NCBI GenBank assembly: GCA_051252135.1
Contig: JBPOGH010000011.1
Coordinates: 32,001 to 96,000, forward strand
DNA length: 64,000 nt
Reading direction: 5' to 3'
Origin: Verrucomicrobiaceae bacterium
Lineage (GTDB): Bacteria; Verrucomicrobiota; Verrucomicrobiia; Verrucomicrobiales; Akkermansiaceae
Shown: one piece after another, positions 52,262-63,196 of the stretch
Layout: every line of letters starts with the position of its first letter
Position numbering within the stretch: the first letter of the stretch is position 1
Translations under genes and position numbers: made by a program
Notes under the pieces: generated by a model
What the model was told of the DNA's origin: nothing
The model's database searches: none
The model's input: only the letters and a program-made list of their open reading frames with translations

Positions 52262-53430
52262 GACACCGCAGCCAATGCCCGCTCCTTCAACTCATCCGCA
52301 CACCCATCCCACACCGCTTCATCAATCTCATGCGCATCCACTCCCGTCCCCAGCTCCTTCAGCAAAAGAACCGTCAGCTCACCCCCCAAATGCTCCCGAA
52401 ATTCCTCCAGCCCGTTGAAAACACGTCGTCTCCCCTGATCATCGCGCAACTCCAGCGCCTCATGCCAAAGCGGCAACTCCAATCCCTCAATCACCTGCAA
52501 CACCCGCTCCGCTTCTCCCTCGGGAAGCAAACCCACCTTCGCCGCATACAGCGTATCCAGCGCCACGCCCACCGCCACCGCTTCGCCGTGACTCAGTTCA
52601 AAATCCGTCAGCTGCTCCAGCTTGTGTGCCGCCCAGTGCCCGTAGTCCAGCGGACGACTGCTCCCCAACTCAAAGGGATCCCCTCCCAGCGCAATGTGCC
52701 GCGCATGGTGAATCGCCGATCTCTCCACCGCCTCTTCCAGGGTCGCCTCATCCAACTCATTCAGCTTCCCGACATTCTCCTCTAGCCACGCAAAAAACTC
52801 CCCGTCCTTCACCAGAGCCACTTTCACCGCCTCAATCAACCCCGCCCGGCGCGTCAGCTCCGGCTGCGTGTGTAAAAACTGAAAGTCGTTCACCACCGCA
52901 TACGGCACCGCAAACGCCCCAATGAAATTCTTCTTCCCGAACGCGTTGATCCCATTCTTCACCCCCACTCCACTGTCGTCTTGCGACAAGGTCGTCGTCG
53001 GAAACCGCACCAAACGCACCCCGCGATGACCCGTCGCCGCCGCATAACCAATCACATCAAGAAATGCCCCACCCCCAATCACCAGAATATACGAATGCCG
53101 GTCAATATGGTGACGCTCAATCGCCTCCATCGCCTGCTGATACACCGCATCATCCCGCTTCGCCACCTCCGCACCAGCCAGCCATTCCACCCCCGTCAGC
53201 CGAATCCCTGCCACATCGGAAAAATAATCCTGCACCTCCCCCTCCAGCTGCGGAAAGTGCTCCCGCAGCCCATTCTCAATAAAAACCAGCGCCTTGCTCC
53301 GCCCCTGAGTCTCCAAAAGGCCCGACAGCAGCTCATTCCCCGGAGAAAACGCTCCCCGGGTAAATCGAATGCGGTGACGAAAGCTCACCTGAATCTCAAA
53401 ATCCTCTCCTGTCATGCTGTCGCTCATCAT
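52258..53430 (-). CDS. EboD-like 3-dehydroquinate synthase / sugar-phosphate cyclase
   Basis: IDRHSY, GGGAFLD, PTTTLSQDDSGVGVKNG, EAVKVALVKD, DPFELGSSRPLDYGHWAAH, HGEAV and EFREHLGG. Confidence 0.88.
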   Translation of the reverse strand: MMSDSMTGEDFEIQVSFRHRIRFTRGAFSPGNELLSGLLETQGRSKALVFIENGLREHFPQLEGEVQDYFSDVAGIRLTGVEWLAGAEVAKRDDAVYQQAMEAIERHHIDRHSYILVIGGGAFLDVIGYAAATGHRGVRLVRFPTTTLSQDDSGVGVKNGINAFGKKNFIGAFAVPYAVVNDFQFLHTQPELTRRAGLIEAVKVALVKDGEFFAWLEENVGKLNELDEATLEEAVERSAIHHARHIALGGDPFELGSSRPLDYGHWAAHKLEQLTDFELSHGEAVAVGVALDTLYAAKVGLLPEGEAERVLQVIEGLELPLWHEALELRDDQGRRRVFNGLEEFREHLGGELTVLLLKELGTGVDAHEIDEAVWDGCADELKERALAAVS

Positions 53431-53486
53431 TCCTAATGCACCCTACGGGGAATTGCCACTGAATCTTAGGCCTGTAATAGTCCTTT

Positions 53487-54023
53487 ATGGAAATCACCTC
53501 TCACTTCGAAGGTCGCTACCTCTCACTCAGGGAAATCGACGACTGGGAATTCGCCACCCGCCCCTATGCCAGCGGCGTTGTAGCCATCCTCGCCATCACC
53601 CCTGAAAACGACCTCGTCCTCGTCGAGCAATTCCGCCGCCCTATGCAGGCCCGCGTCCTCGAAATCTGCGCCGGACTCGTCGGTGACGAACCCGAATTCA
53701 AGGGCGAATCCCTTGCAGACTGCGCCCGCCGCGAACTCCTGGAGGAGACCGGATACACCGCTCCAAGCATCACCCCGCTTCTCTCGTCCCCCACTTCATC
53801 GGGAATGACCAACGAAATGACGCACTTCTTCCTCGCCGAAAATGCCACCAAAATCGCCGACGGTGGCGGCGTGGACGGCGAGGACATCACCACCCACCTC
53901 GTCCCCATCACCGAACTCGGCAATTTTTTCAACGATTCCCTCAACCGCGGAATCCTCATCGACTTCAAAATTCACGCCGCCCTCGCCGCTTGGGACCTCC
54001 TCAAACAGGGCTCCACCAAATAA
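53487..54023 (+). CDS. Nudix hydrolase (ADP-ribose pyrophosphatase-like)
   Basis: LVEQFRRP and the Nudix box AGL...ESLADCARRELLEETGY. Confidence 0.92.
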   Translation: MEITSHFEGRYLSLREIDDWEFATRPYASGVVAILAITPENDLVLVEQFRRPMQARVLEICAGLVGDEPEFKGESLADCARRELLEETGYTAPSITPLLSSPTSSGMTNEMTHFFLAENATKIADGGGVDGEDITTHLVPITELGNFFNDSLNRGILIDFKIHAALAAWDLLKQGSTK

Positions 54024-54074
54024 GGGCTAAATTCTGTATGACAATCGCCAAAACTACGTAAACCTAAACCGAAC

Positions 54075-57000
54075 ATGAAACGCTGGATCACCGTCATTTT
54101 TGCTCAACAGGCTCTGGGAGCTTCTCTCCCCGATGTCGTCGACTTCAACGACCACGTCCAACCCATCCTCTCGGAGTTCTGTTACCACTGCCACGGCCCG
54201 GATTCCGCCACCCGCGCACCCAAATCCGCCCCCCTCCGTCTCGACCGCGAGGAGTTCGCCTTTGAAGAACGCGATGGCAAACCCGTCATCATCAAGGGCG
54301 ATCCTGAAAAATCATCCCTCATCAAACGCATCACCACCAAAGACGAGGACGACATCATGCCTCCTCCCGAGAGCCACAAACCTCCCCTCGATGCCTACCA
54401 GATCGCTCTCCTCAGCAAATGGATCGAGCAAGGCGCCCCTTACGAGGAACACTGGTCCTTCATCAAGCCCGTCAAACCCACCCCTCCCGAATCCAAGTGG
54501 GGAAACAACGCCATCGACGCCTTCATCAGCGCCAAACATCAGGAGCACAACCTCGTCCCCAACGCCCCCGCCGATACCCACCGCATCATCCGCCGCCTCT
54601 CCTTTGACATCACCGGCCTTCCTCCCACACCGGAGCAAATCAAAAGCTTCCAGGAAGCCGCCGCCATGGACCTCGCCACCGCCGTCCAACTCGCGGCCTC
54701 CGAAATGCTCGGCACCCGCGCTTACGCCGAAAACTTCGCCCGCCATTGGCTCGATGCCGCCCGCTACGCAGACTCACACGGCATCCACATCGACAACTAC
54801 CGCGACATCTGGCCCTACCGTGACTGGGTCATCAAGGCCTTCGCCGAAAACAAATCCTACCGGGATTTCACCATCGAACAAATCGCCGGCGACCTCCTCC
54901 CCAACCCCAAGCTCGACCAAATCGTCGCCACCGGATTCAACCGCTGCCTCCCCACCACCGGCGAGGGCGGAGCCATCTCGAAGGAATACGAGGCCATTTA
55001 TGCCAAGGACCAGGTCGAAACAACTTCCGCCATCTGGCTCGGCCTCACCACCGGATGCGCCGCCTGCCACGATCACAAGTTCGACCCCATCTCCCAAAAA
55101 GACTTCTACGCCCTCACCGCCTACTTCCGGAACACCACCATGGCCGCCATGGACCGGAACAAGGCCGATCACCCGCCCAACATCTTCGTCCCCCTCTCCG
55201 AAGACCGTGACTCGTGGGAATCCCTCAAAACTCAAATCGCCCAAGCGGACCAAGCCATCAGTCAGCGGAAAAAATCGGCCCACTCTGACTTCAACACCTG
55301 GCTCACCTCCCTCACCCCGGAAGACCTCGCCAATCTCGCCACCAAGCCCGATCTCTCCCTCCCTCTCACCGTCGCCGATAAAAAGCTCACCCTCAACGAG
55401 CGCACCATCGACGCAACCGGGCCAACCGTCCCCTTCGATTCCGGCCACGCCCTCCAACTCAAGGGAACCAACATCGACCTTGGCGACCTCGCCCAATTCG
55501 AAGCCCGTGATCAGGTCACTTACGGTGGCTACTTCCGTCTCGGCTCCAAATCCAACGGCCCCGTCATCTCCCGCATGGACACCGGGAACAGCTACCGGGG
55601 CTGGGACATCTGGGTCGAGAATGACCGCATCGGCAGCCACCTCATCGACCAATGGGATAAGAACGGCATCAAAGCCATGAGCAAGGACCCGCTCCCCATG
55701 AAAAAATGGCTCCACATCATGTTCACCTACGATGGTAAGGCAGAACCCAAAAAGAGCCTCAAGCTCTTCGTCGACGGTAAGGAAATGCCGCTCAAATACA
55801 GCCACTCCGGCAAGGTGAATTCTTTCGCCACCAACGCCCCCCTTCGCCTCGGCGGGCGCCATCCCTCCACCGCCCTCAACGGAGATGCCTCCTTTCACAG
55901 CTTTCAACTTTACAAGCGCATCCTCACCCCTGCGGAAATTTCGGACGCAGCTACAAACGGCAACATCTCAAACGTCCTCGCCACCCCCATCGCGGACCTC
56001 GATGAAAAACAAAGGAACTCCCTCTACCAATATTACATCGACCACCTCGACCCACGTGTGAAGGAGCTCGCATCCCAAAAGGAAAAACTCCTCGCCCAAC
56101 AATCCGCCATTAAAAACCGGGGCTCCCTCAGCCTCGTCATGGAGGAAAAGAAAACACCCGCCATCGCCCACATCCTCGAGCGCGGAGAATACACTCTCGA
56201 AAAGGAAAAAGTCACCGCCGCCATCCCCGAACTCTTCACCGAAGGCCCCTCCACCGCCGCCCCTTCCCGTAAGGAGCTCGCCGAGTGGCTGGTCAGCAAG
56301 GAAAACCCCCTCACCGCCCGCGTCACCGTCAACCGCATGTGGTATTATTTCTTCGGCCGCGGACTCGTCGAAACCACCGAGGATTTCGGCATCATGGGCG
56401 CCCGCCCCACCCACCCCGAGCTCCTCGACTGGCTCGCCGTCGAGTTCATGGAATCCAACTGGGACCTCCAGCACATCATCAGGCTCATCACCTCCTCCGC
56501 CACCTACCAACTCTCGGATCAGGTCACCTCCAGCAACCGCGAAAAGGACCCCACCAACCTCTACCTCGCGCGCTCCCCACGCCACCGTCTCGATGCCGAG
56601 CACATCCGGGACATGGCCCTCGCCAGCTCAGGTCTTCTCGTCCCCTCCACCGGCGGACCACCCGTCAAACCCTACCAGCCCGAAGGAGTCTGGGAGGCCG
56701 TCGCCATGAACGAGTCCAACACTCGCTTCTACAAGCAGGACTCCGGCGACAAGCTCTACCGCCGCTCCCTCTACACCTTCTGGAAGCGCACCGCCCCCCA
56801 TCCCGCCATGGAAATCCTCAACGCCCCCACCCGCGAGGTCTTCTGCGTCCGGCGTGACCTCACCAACACCCCTCTCCAGGCCTTCGTCACCCTCAACGAC
56901 CCCCAATTCGTCGAGGCCTCCCGCCACCTCGCCGCCAATGCCATCAAGGCTTCGGAATCCTTCGACCACCGCCTCGACCACCTCACCCAGCTCCTCCTCG

Positions 57001-57209
57001 GCCGCCGCTTTGAAAATGACGAGCGCACCATTGTCAAAAATGCCCTCGCCCAAATCAGCGAAAGCTATCAGGCCCAACCGGAACTCGCCAAGGAGCTCAT
57101 CGCCGTCGGTGCCTCCCCTGTCGAATCCACCCTCCAGCCCCAAGAACTCGCTTCCTGGACGCTCATCGCCTCCAAGATTTTCAACCTCGACGAAACCCTG
57201 ACCAAGTAA
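54075..57209 (+). CDS. Planctomycete cytochrome c + DUF1549 + LamG-like + DUF1553 (PSD1) protein
   Basis: [70 protein letters not shown] and NTPLQA. Confidence 0.93.
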   Translation: MKRWITVIFAQQALGASLPDVVDFNDHVQPILSEFCYHCHGPDSATRAPKSAPLRLDREEFAFEERDGKPVIIKGDPEKSSLIKRITTKDEDDIMPPPESHKPPLDAYQIALLSKWIEQGAPYEEHWSFIKPVKPTPPESKWGNNAIDAFISAKHQEHNLVPNAPADTHRIIRRLSFDITGLPPTPEQIKSFQEAAAMDLATAVQLAASEMLGTRAYAENFARHWLDAARYADSHGIHIDNYRDIWPYRDWVIKAFAENKSYRDFTIEQIAGDLLPNPKLDQIVATGFNRCLPTTGEGGAISKEYEAIYAKDQVETTSAIWLGLTTGCAACHDHKFDPISQKDFYALTAYFRNTTMAAMDRNKADHPPNIFVPLSEDRDSWESLKTQIAQADQAISQRKKSAHSDFNTWLTSLTPEDLANLATKPDLSLPLTVADKKLTLNERTIDATGPTVPFDSGHALQLKGTNIDLGDLAQFEARDQVTYGGYFRLGSKSNGPVISRMDTGNSYRGWDIWVENDRIGSHLIDQWDKNGIKAMSKDPLPMKKWLHIMFTYDGKAEPKKSLKLFVDGKEMPLKYSHSGKVNSFATNAPLRLGGRHPSTALNGDASFHSFQLYKRILTPAEISDAATNGNISNVLATPIADLDEKQRNSLYQYYIDHLDPRVKELASQKEKLLAQQSAIKNRGSLSLVMEEKKTPAIAHILERGEYTLEKEKVTAAIPELFTEGPSTAAPSRKELAEWLVSKENPLTARVTVNRMWYYFFGRGLVETTEDFGIMGARPTHPELLDWLAVEFMESNWDLQHIIRLITSSATYQLSDQVTSSNREKDPTNLYLARSPRHRLDAEHIRDMALASSGLLVPSTGGPPVKPYQPEGVWEAVAMNESNTRFYKQDSGDKLYRRSLYTFWKRTAPHPAMEILNAPTREVFCVRRDLTNTPLQAFVTLNDPQFVEASRHLAANAIKASESFDHRLDHLTQLLLGRRFENDERTIVKNALAQISESYQAQPELAKELIAVGASPVESTLQPQELASWTLIASKIFNLDETLTK

Positions 57210-57214
57210 ACGCC

Positions 57215-58669
57215 ATGGACAACCTCCTCGACTTCAACGCCGCCGTTTCCCGCCGCCAGTTCTTCCGTCAAAATGGAACCGGCCTCGGTGCCGCCGCCCT
57301 CGCCTCACTCCTTCCATCTTCCCTCCCCGGAATCTCAAATCCCAAAGTCCCCGCCGAGTTTCAAAAACTCGCTCCCAAAGCCAAGCGCGTCATCTTCCTT
57401 TCCATGCTCGGCGCCCCCAGCCAGCTCGACACCTTCGACTATAAACCAAAGCTCAGCGAGCGCTTCGGCGAGGACCTCACCGGCTACCTCAAGGAGCAAG
57501 GCCAGCGCCTCACCGGCATGACCTCCGGCCAGGCCAAAAAACCCCTCGCCCCCAGCGTCTTCAAGTTCAAACAACACGGCCAGTCCGGCGCATGGATTTC
57601 CGAACTCCTGCCCCACACCGCCAAAATGGCCGATGACATCGCCATCGTGAAAACGATGCACACCGAGGCCATCAACCACGAGCCCGCCAACCAACTCTGC
57701 TACACCGGCTCCCAAATCAACGGCAAGCCCTCCCTCGGCTCCTGGCTCTCCTACGGCCTCGGCTCAGCCAACGAGGACCTCCCCTCCTTCGTCGTCCTCC
57801 ACGCCCAACACACCGGCCCCGGTAACGTCCAGGCCATCTCGTCCCGCCTCTGGGGCCCCGGCTTCCTCGAAGGGAAATACGCCGGCGTCGCACTCCGCTC
57901 AAAGGGCGACCCCGTCCTCTACCTCAAGGACGCCCCCGGCATCGACCGCAAAATCCGCCGCCAAATGCTCGATGGCCTCAATCAGCTCAACCAAAAGAGC
58001 TACGATCTCGTCGGCAACGCCGAAACCCAAACCCGCATGCAGCAGTTCGAGATGGCCTTCCGCATGCAGGCCTCCGTCCCCGAGCTCACCGATCTCAAGC
58101 AAGAGTCCGATCAGACCTACGAAATGTATGGCCCGCAATCCCGCACCCCCGGCTCCTTTGCCAGCTCCTGCATGCTCGCCCGCCGCATGATGGAACGCGG
58201 CGTCCAGTTCGTCCAAATCTTCCACCGCGGCTGGGACCAACACAACAACCTCCCCGAGCACATCAAACACCAGTGCGATGACATCGACCAACCCGCCTGG
58301 GCCCTCATTCAGGACCTCAAACAACGCGGCATGCTCGAAGACACCCTCGTCGTCTGGGGCGGCGAGTTCGGACGCACCGTCTACTGTCAGGGCGGTCTCA
58401 CCCGGGAGAAATACGGCCGTGACCACCACCCGCGCTGCTTCAGCATGTGGATGGCCGGCGGCGGTATCAAAGGAGGCCAGGTCTACGGAGAAACCGATGA
58501 CTTCTCCTTCAACATCACCGAAAACCCCGTCCACATCCGTGATCTCCACGCCACCATGCTCCACCAGCTCGGCCTCGATCACAACCACCTCACCTTCAAA
58601 TACCAGGGCCTCGATCAAAAACTCACCGGCGTTGAACCCGCCAAAATCATCACCGACCTCCTCACCTGA
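57215..58669 (+). CDS. DUF1501 family protein
   Basis: SRRQFF Tat-like motif, [36 protein letters not shown] and GRDHHP. Confidence 0.93.
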   Translation: MDNLLDFNAAVSRRQFFRQNGTGLGAAALASLLPSSLPGISNPKVPAEFQKLAPKAKRVIFLSMLGAPSQLDTFDYKPKLSERFGEDLTGYLKEQGQRLTGMTSGQAKKPLAPSVFKFKQHGQSGAWISELLPHTAKMADDIAIVKTMHTEAINHEPANQLCYTGSQINGKPSLGSWLSYGLGSANEDLPSFVVLHAQHTGPGNVQAISSRLWGPGFLEGKYAGVALRSKGDPVLYLKDAPGIDRKIRRQMLDGLNQLNQKSYDLVGNAETQTRMQQFEMAFRMQASVPELTDLKQESDQTYEMYGPQSRTPGSFASSCMLARRMMERGVQFVQIFHRGWDQHNNLPEHIKHQCDDIDQPAWALIQDLKQRGMLEDTLVVWGGEFGRTVYCQGGLTREKYGRDHHPRCFSMWMAGGGIKGGQVYGETDDFSFNITENPVHIRDLHATMLHQLGLDHNHLTFKYQGLDQKLTGVEPAKIITDLLT

Positions 58670-58714
58670 TTTCCCTTCCTTGACCACGCAGGGCAATTCG
58701 CTAGCCTGCGGCAG

Positions 58715-59713
58715 ATGAAGAACTTCCTCTGCGCCGCTTTCCTAACAGGATCGGTTCTCTCCGCCCAGCAGGTGCGCCCCACCATTGGCTCGATCGAAGT
58801 CCTCGATCCTTCCTTGGAAAAGCTCCTCGCTCCGGACGCCAGGATCGAAGTCCTCGCCTCCGGCTTCATCTGGTCCGAAGGCCCCGCCTGGGACAAAGCC
58901 AACAAGCGCATCCTCTTCTCGGACGTCCCAAAAAACACCGTCTACCAGTGGTCCGATAAAGCCGGCCTCTCCGTCTACCTCACCCCCTCCGGATACACCG
59001 GCCCCGCCGAGTATTCCAATGAGCCCGGTTCCAACGGACTCACCTTCGATTCCCAGGGCCGCCTCCACTCCTGCGAGCACGGCGACCGCCGCGTCTCCAT
59101 CCTCACTCTCAATGGCGGCGGAAAAATGACCCTCGCCGATCGCGTCGATGGCAAGCGCTTCAACTCCCCCAACGACCTCTGCATCCACCCCGACGGCAGC
59201 ATCTACTTCACCGATCCTCCCTACGGACTTCCCCAAAAGGAAAAAGACCCTAGCCGTGAAACCGACATCTTCGGCGTCTACCGCATCGCCCCCGATGGAA
59301 ATGTCACCACCGTCATCAGTGATCTCGACCGCCCCAATGGCGTCGCCCTCTCACCCGACTCCAAAACCCTCTACATCGCCCAATCCCAAGGCGGTAAAGC
59401 CTGGATTCTCTCCTACCCCGTCCTCGCCGACGGATCACTCGGAGCACAAACCCTTCTCTTCGACGCCACCCCGCTCTCCAAAAAAGATCGCGGCATGCCC
59501 GACGGACTCAAAACCGACAAACAAGGCAATATCTGGAGCACCGGCCCCGGCGGCGTCCTCATCCTCTCCCCTCAGGGAAAACTTCTCGGTCGCATCCTCA
59601 CTGGACAAGCGACCGCAAATTGCGGATGGGGGGATGACGGCTCCACCCTCTACATGACCGCAGACTCCTACCTTCTCCGTGTCCGCACCAAAGTGGTCGG
59701 CTCCGGCTTCTAA
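58715..59713 (+). CDS. SMP-30/gluconolactonase/LRE family protein, secreted
   Basis: WSEGPAW, SNGL, FNSPND, YFTDPPYG, PNGVALSPD and PDG. Confidence 0.93.
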   Translation: MKNFLCAAFLTGSVLSAQQVRPTIGSIEVLDPSLEKLLAPDARIEVLASGFIWSEGPAWDKANKRILFSDVPKNTVYQWSDKAGLSVYLTPSGYTGPAEYSNEPGSNGLTFDSQGRLHSCEHGDRRVSILTLNGGGKMTLADRVDGKRFNSPNDLCIHPDGSIYFTDPPYGLPQKEKDPSRETDIFGVYRIAPDGNVTTVISDLDRPNGVALSPDSKTLYIAQSQGGKAWILSYPVLADGSLGAQTLLFDATPLSKKDRGMPDGLKTDKQGNIWSTGPGGVLILSPQGKLLGRILTGQATANCGWGDDGSTLYMTADSYLLRVRTKVVGSGF

Positions 59714-59734
59714 AAAACCCAACCAACCAATCCC

Positions 59735-60418
59735 ATGGTCCACCGCAGCTCAGAAATCGTCCAAGCCCTCGAAAATGAAATCATGGACGGGAAACTCCAA
59801 CCCGGCCAACGCCTCCCTTCCGAGGAAAAACTCTGCGACCGCTTCAGCGTCAGCCGCACCGTCATCCGCGAAGCCATCCAGCAGCTCCGTGGCCGGGGAC
59901 TCATCCGCACCCTCAAAGGCTCCGGATCCTTCATTGCCGACCCCAGCCTCGACACCCTTGCCGGTGCCATCGAGACCTACACCGTTCTCACCAGCACCGA
60001 CTCCTACCTCGAGCTCATGGACTTCCGTATCCTCCTCGAGACCGAGTGCGCCCGTCTCGCTGCTGCTAATGCCGGAGAGCGCATGATCGAAACAATGGAG
60101 CTCGCCCAAACCAAGATGGAAGCTTGCCGGGGCGATGTCGCCCGCTTCAGCGCCGCCGATATCGCCTTCCACCTCGCCATCGCCGCCGCCTCCAAAAACA
60201 ATCTCTACGCCACAGTCCTGAGCGGGCTCGAAAAGTCCTCCATCGAATACGCCAACACCAACCGCGGTGACAGCCGGTGGTATGACTCCGTCATCCAGAC
60301 CCACGACGAGATCCTCACCGCCATCAAGGACGGCACTCCTGACAAGGCCGCTGCCGCCATGAAGCGTCACCTCCTTCTCTCCCGCCGCCACTACGTCGAC
60401 CTCGACATCAAGAGCTAA
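59735..60418 (+). CDS. GntR/FadR-family transcriptional regulator
   Basis: PGQRLPSE...FSVSRTVIREA wHTH and FCD domain DIAFHLAIA...HDEI. Confidence 0.93.
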   Translation: MVHRSSEIVQALENEIMDGKLQPGQRLPSEEKLCDRFSVSRTVIREAIQQLRGRGLIRTLKGSGSFIADPSLDTLAGAIETYTVLTSTDSYLELMDFRILLETECARLAAANAGERMIETMELAQTKMEACRGDVARFSAADIAFHLAIAAASKNNLYATVLSGLEKSSIEYANTNRGDSRWYDSVIQTHDEILTAIKDGTPDKAAAAMKRHLLLSRRHYVDLDIKS

Positions 60419-60546
60419 CCCTCTGCTTCGGTTTGGGTCCGCCACCAAGTCTCAAGGAAGGAAATCCAATCCATCCTGTTCATTTGCCTTGCGGCTATCT
60501 CCACTGCGTTCCGGTTGCGGTTTAAAACCTCCTCAACCAAGCAGTT

Positions 60547-61701
60547 CTAGGACCGCTCCCGAATCACCTCCGCCGCCACCTCGCGCGCGCGGAGATCGGC
60601 CGCCACCACCACTTCAAGCTCTTGGGAATCCACGTGAGTCACCCGACTCATCGTCTCTTCCACTGTCTCCCAAATTCCCGGGAAACTCAGCCCCCGGTTC
60701 CGGAAAATCTCGTTCGCCACTTCATTCGCGGCATTCAAGACCGCCGGCAAGGTCCCTCCTCGCTCCCCCGCCTCCCGGGCCAGCCTCAACGCCGGAAAAT
60801 CATCCACCCGCGGCGCTTCAAATTCCAGCTTCGCCAAGGTTGGAAAGTCCAGTGGCTTCAGCTCATTCTTGAGCCGCTCCGGCCACACCACCGCATACTG
60901 GATCGGGAAGCACATATCCGTCGTGCTCAGCTGCGCCAGCACACTCCCGTCAATAAACTCCACCATCGAGTGCACAATGCTCTGCGGATGCACCACCACG
61001 TCCACCCGCTCCATCGGAATATCAAAGAGCCACCGCGCCTCAATCATCTCCAGCCCCTTGTTGAACAAAGTCGCCGAATCAATCGTAATCTTCTGCCCCA
61101 TCTCCCACGTCGGATGCTTCAAGGCATCTTCCACCGTCACTTCACCAAGCTTCTCAACCGGCCACGTCCGGAACGGCCCGCCCGATGCTGTCACGATCAA
61201 GCGACGCACTTCGTCCGATCCTCCCTGATGCCCCTCAAGGCATTGAAAAATCGCGTTATGCTCGCTGTCCACCGGCAAAATATTCACCCCCTTCTCCCGC
61301 GCTGCATTCATCACCACTTCCCCCGCCATCACCAAAATCTCCTTACTCGCCACCGCCAAATCACACCCCATCTCAATCGCCGCCAGCGCCGGCCTCAAAC
61401 CACCCACTCCCACAATCGCCACCAGCACCAGGTCCGGCCGCGTCGCCTCCACCAAATCCACCAACCCCTGCTCACCTCCGTATAAACTGCGCCCACTCCC
61501 CGCCAGCTCTTCCTTGCGCGATTCGTCCGCCACGCACAAATGACTCACCCCGAATTCCTTCGCCTGCTCATCCAGTTCCGCCACCCGCGTTCCCGCTGCC
61601 AGACCCACAATTTCCATCCGATCGGGAATCTGACGCGCCACCGTCAGCGCACTCGTCCCAATCGACCCCGTCGACCCCAGAATAACCACTCGTTTTCGCA
61701 T
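60547..61701 (-). CDS. dxr: 1-deoxy-D-xylulose-5-phosphate reductoisomerase
   Basis: LGSTGSIG, PVDSEHNAIFQ, TASGGPF, HPTWEMG and NKGLEMIEA. ATG 61701 overlaps the cdsA stop. Confidence 0.98.
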   Translation of the reverse strand: MRKRVVILGSTGSIGTSALTVARQIPDRMEIVGLAAGTRVAELDEQAKEFGVSHLCVADESRKEELAGSGRSLYGGEQGLVDLVEATRPDLVLVAIVGVGGLRPALAAIEMGCDLAVASKEILVMAGEVVMNAAREKGVNILPVDSEHNAIFQCLEGHQGGSDEVRRLIVTASGGPFRTWPVEKLGEVTVEDALKHPTWEMGQKITIDSATLFNKGLEMIEARWLFDIPMERVDVVVHPQSIVHSMVEFIDGSVLAQLSTTDMCFPIQYAVVWPERLKNELKPLDFPTLAKLEFEAPRVDDFPALRLAREAGERGGTLPAVLNAANEVANEIFRNRGLSFPGIWETVEETMSRVTHVDSQELEVVVAADLRAREVAAEVIRERS

Positions 61702-62597
61702 CAAATCAATCCTGTAAGAATCAGGTAAAAGTACATCACCGGAGCCGCAAAACACAGACTATCGATCAGGTCCAAAATCCCCCCGATCCCCGGCATCCAA
61801 CTCCCCGAGTCCTTCACCGCCAAACTCCGCTTCAGAATCGACTCCGCCAAATCCCCGGCCACCGCCGAAAGCGCCATCAGCACCCCCAGCACCCCCACAT
61901 GCAACGGTGGAATCCAGGCCAGCGCCTCACCCGCCAGCGCCCACACGCCCCATGCCCCGGCCTGCGCAAAAAGATGCGCCCCAAAGAAGCCCTCCCACGT
62001 CTTCGCCGGACTCAGATGCGGTGCCATCTTGTGCTTTCCAAAAAGCGACCCCGAAATGTAAGCCCCCATATCCGTGAACTTCGCCGAAGCACACATCATC
62101 AAAATCAACCACGCCCCCGGCACCGCCGCATCCACCTCCGGTAAAAAACAAAGACGCAACATAAACGCCCCGAACAAGACCGGCACATAAAGATAAGCCA
62201 GCAACGCATCCCCCACCGCATCCACACTCTGCCGTCCCTCGATCCCGTTCCGGAACCGCCACACAAAAGCCCCTAGCAACACTATCACCATCCCCAACAT
62301 CTCCCCGTCAAACCCCGGCCTCTCCCATCCCTGCCCCACCAAACCGTAACCAATCCGCAGCGCCACCAAAAGCCCCACCACCAGACCAATCACCCGGCAA
62401 CCGTCCCCACCCTGCCCCTTGAACATCCCCCGGAACTCACCCGCCCCCGTCACCGTTAAAAACGCAATCAGACCAAAAAAGGCCCACGGATTCCCCGAGA
62501 CGAACACGCCCGTCACGATCGCCCAGATCACCAGCGTGCTGGTCAATCGCGCCCGAAACACCGCTCCTTTCGATTGAGGGGTAGTCGTTTTAGCCAT
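61701..62597 (-). CDS. cdsA: Phosphatidate cytidylyltransferase
   Basis: Polytopic. DMGAY, SPAKTWEG and GDLAESILKR...KDSG..PGIGGILDLIDS. ATG 62597. Confidence 0.95.
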   Translation of the reverse strand: MAKTTTPQSKGAVFRARLTSTLVIWAIVTGVFVSGNPWAFFGLIAFLTVTGAGEFRGMFKGQGGDGCRVIGLVVGLLVALRIGYGLVGQGWERPGFDGEMLGMVIVLLGAFVWRFRNGIEGRQSVDAVGDALLAYLYVPVLFGAFMLRLCFLPEVDAAVPGAWLILMMCASAKFTDMGAYISGSLFGKHKMAPHLSPAKTWEGFFGAHLFAQAGAWGVWALAGEALAWIPPLHVGVLGVLMALSAVAGDLAESILKRSLAVKDSGSWMPGIGGILDLIDSLCFAAPVMYFYLILTGLI

Positions 62598-62755
62598 TCC
62601 AAGTATGCAATCGACTCCCGCCCCCAACCGCAATGACAATCCCATGAAAAAAAATTGCAACTCCTCCCCAACCCCGGAGTTACATCACACGTCCAAAGGA
62701 AAGCCCCCGGGAATTTCCCCAACACAAAATCAAAACCAAAAAAACCAATACGATT

Positions 62756-63196
62756 ATGAAATCAACCATCACTACCCTCTCCCTGGTTCTTGCCAGCGCT
62801 CTCATCGCCCACGCCGAGCCAGGCGACAAAAAAGAGAAAGGCCCTCGCGGCGGTCGCCCACTTCCTCCCGAGGTCGTAGCCAAGTTCGATAAGGACGGCG
62901 ACGGCAAACTCAGCGAAGAAGAGCGCAAAGCCGCCTTCGAAGCCCGCAAAGCCGAAATGCTCGCCAAGTTCGACAAAGACGGCGACGGCAAACTCAGCGA
63001 CGAGGAAAAAGAGGCCGCCCGCGAAGCTCAAAAGGCCGAGTTCATCAAAAAGTTCGACAAGGACGGTGACGGAAAAGTCAGCGCCGAAGAACGCCCCAAG
63101 CGCCCCGGTGGTGCTGATCGCCCCGGACCTGGCGGCGAAAAAGGCAAGGGCAAAGGCCCCAAGGGCGGAAAAGGCAAAGGCAAGAAAGCCGAGTAA
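62756..63196 (+). CDS. Secreted EF-hand protein with Lys/Gly-rich tail
   Basis: Signal peptide and three DKDGDGK[LV]SxEE loops at an 84-bp period (62882, 62966, 63050). Confidence 0.9.
   Translation: MKSTITTLSLVLASALIAHAEPGDKKEKGPRGGRPLPPEVVAKFDKDGDGKLSEEERKAAFEARKAEMLAKFDKDGDGKLSDEEKEAAREAQKAEFIKKFDKDGDGKVSAEERPKRPGGADRPGPGGEKGKGKGPKGGKGKGKKAE

Noticed and set aside
54100..55680. 526-aa Pro/Ser/Thr-rich ORF and the many other long overlapping or antisense ORFs at 44-62 kb
   Set aside because: They are shadow frames of real genes. The extreme C-skew depletes stop codons and yields low-complexity translations with no motifs.
60419..60546. SRP (4.5S) or 6S RNA
   Set aside because: The SRP helix-8 consensus is not present, and the region is too short for 6S.
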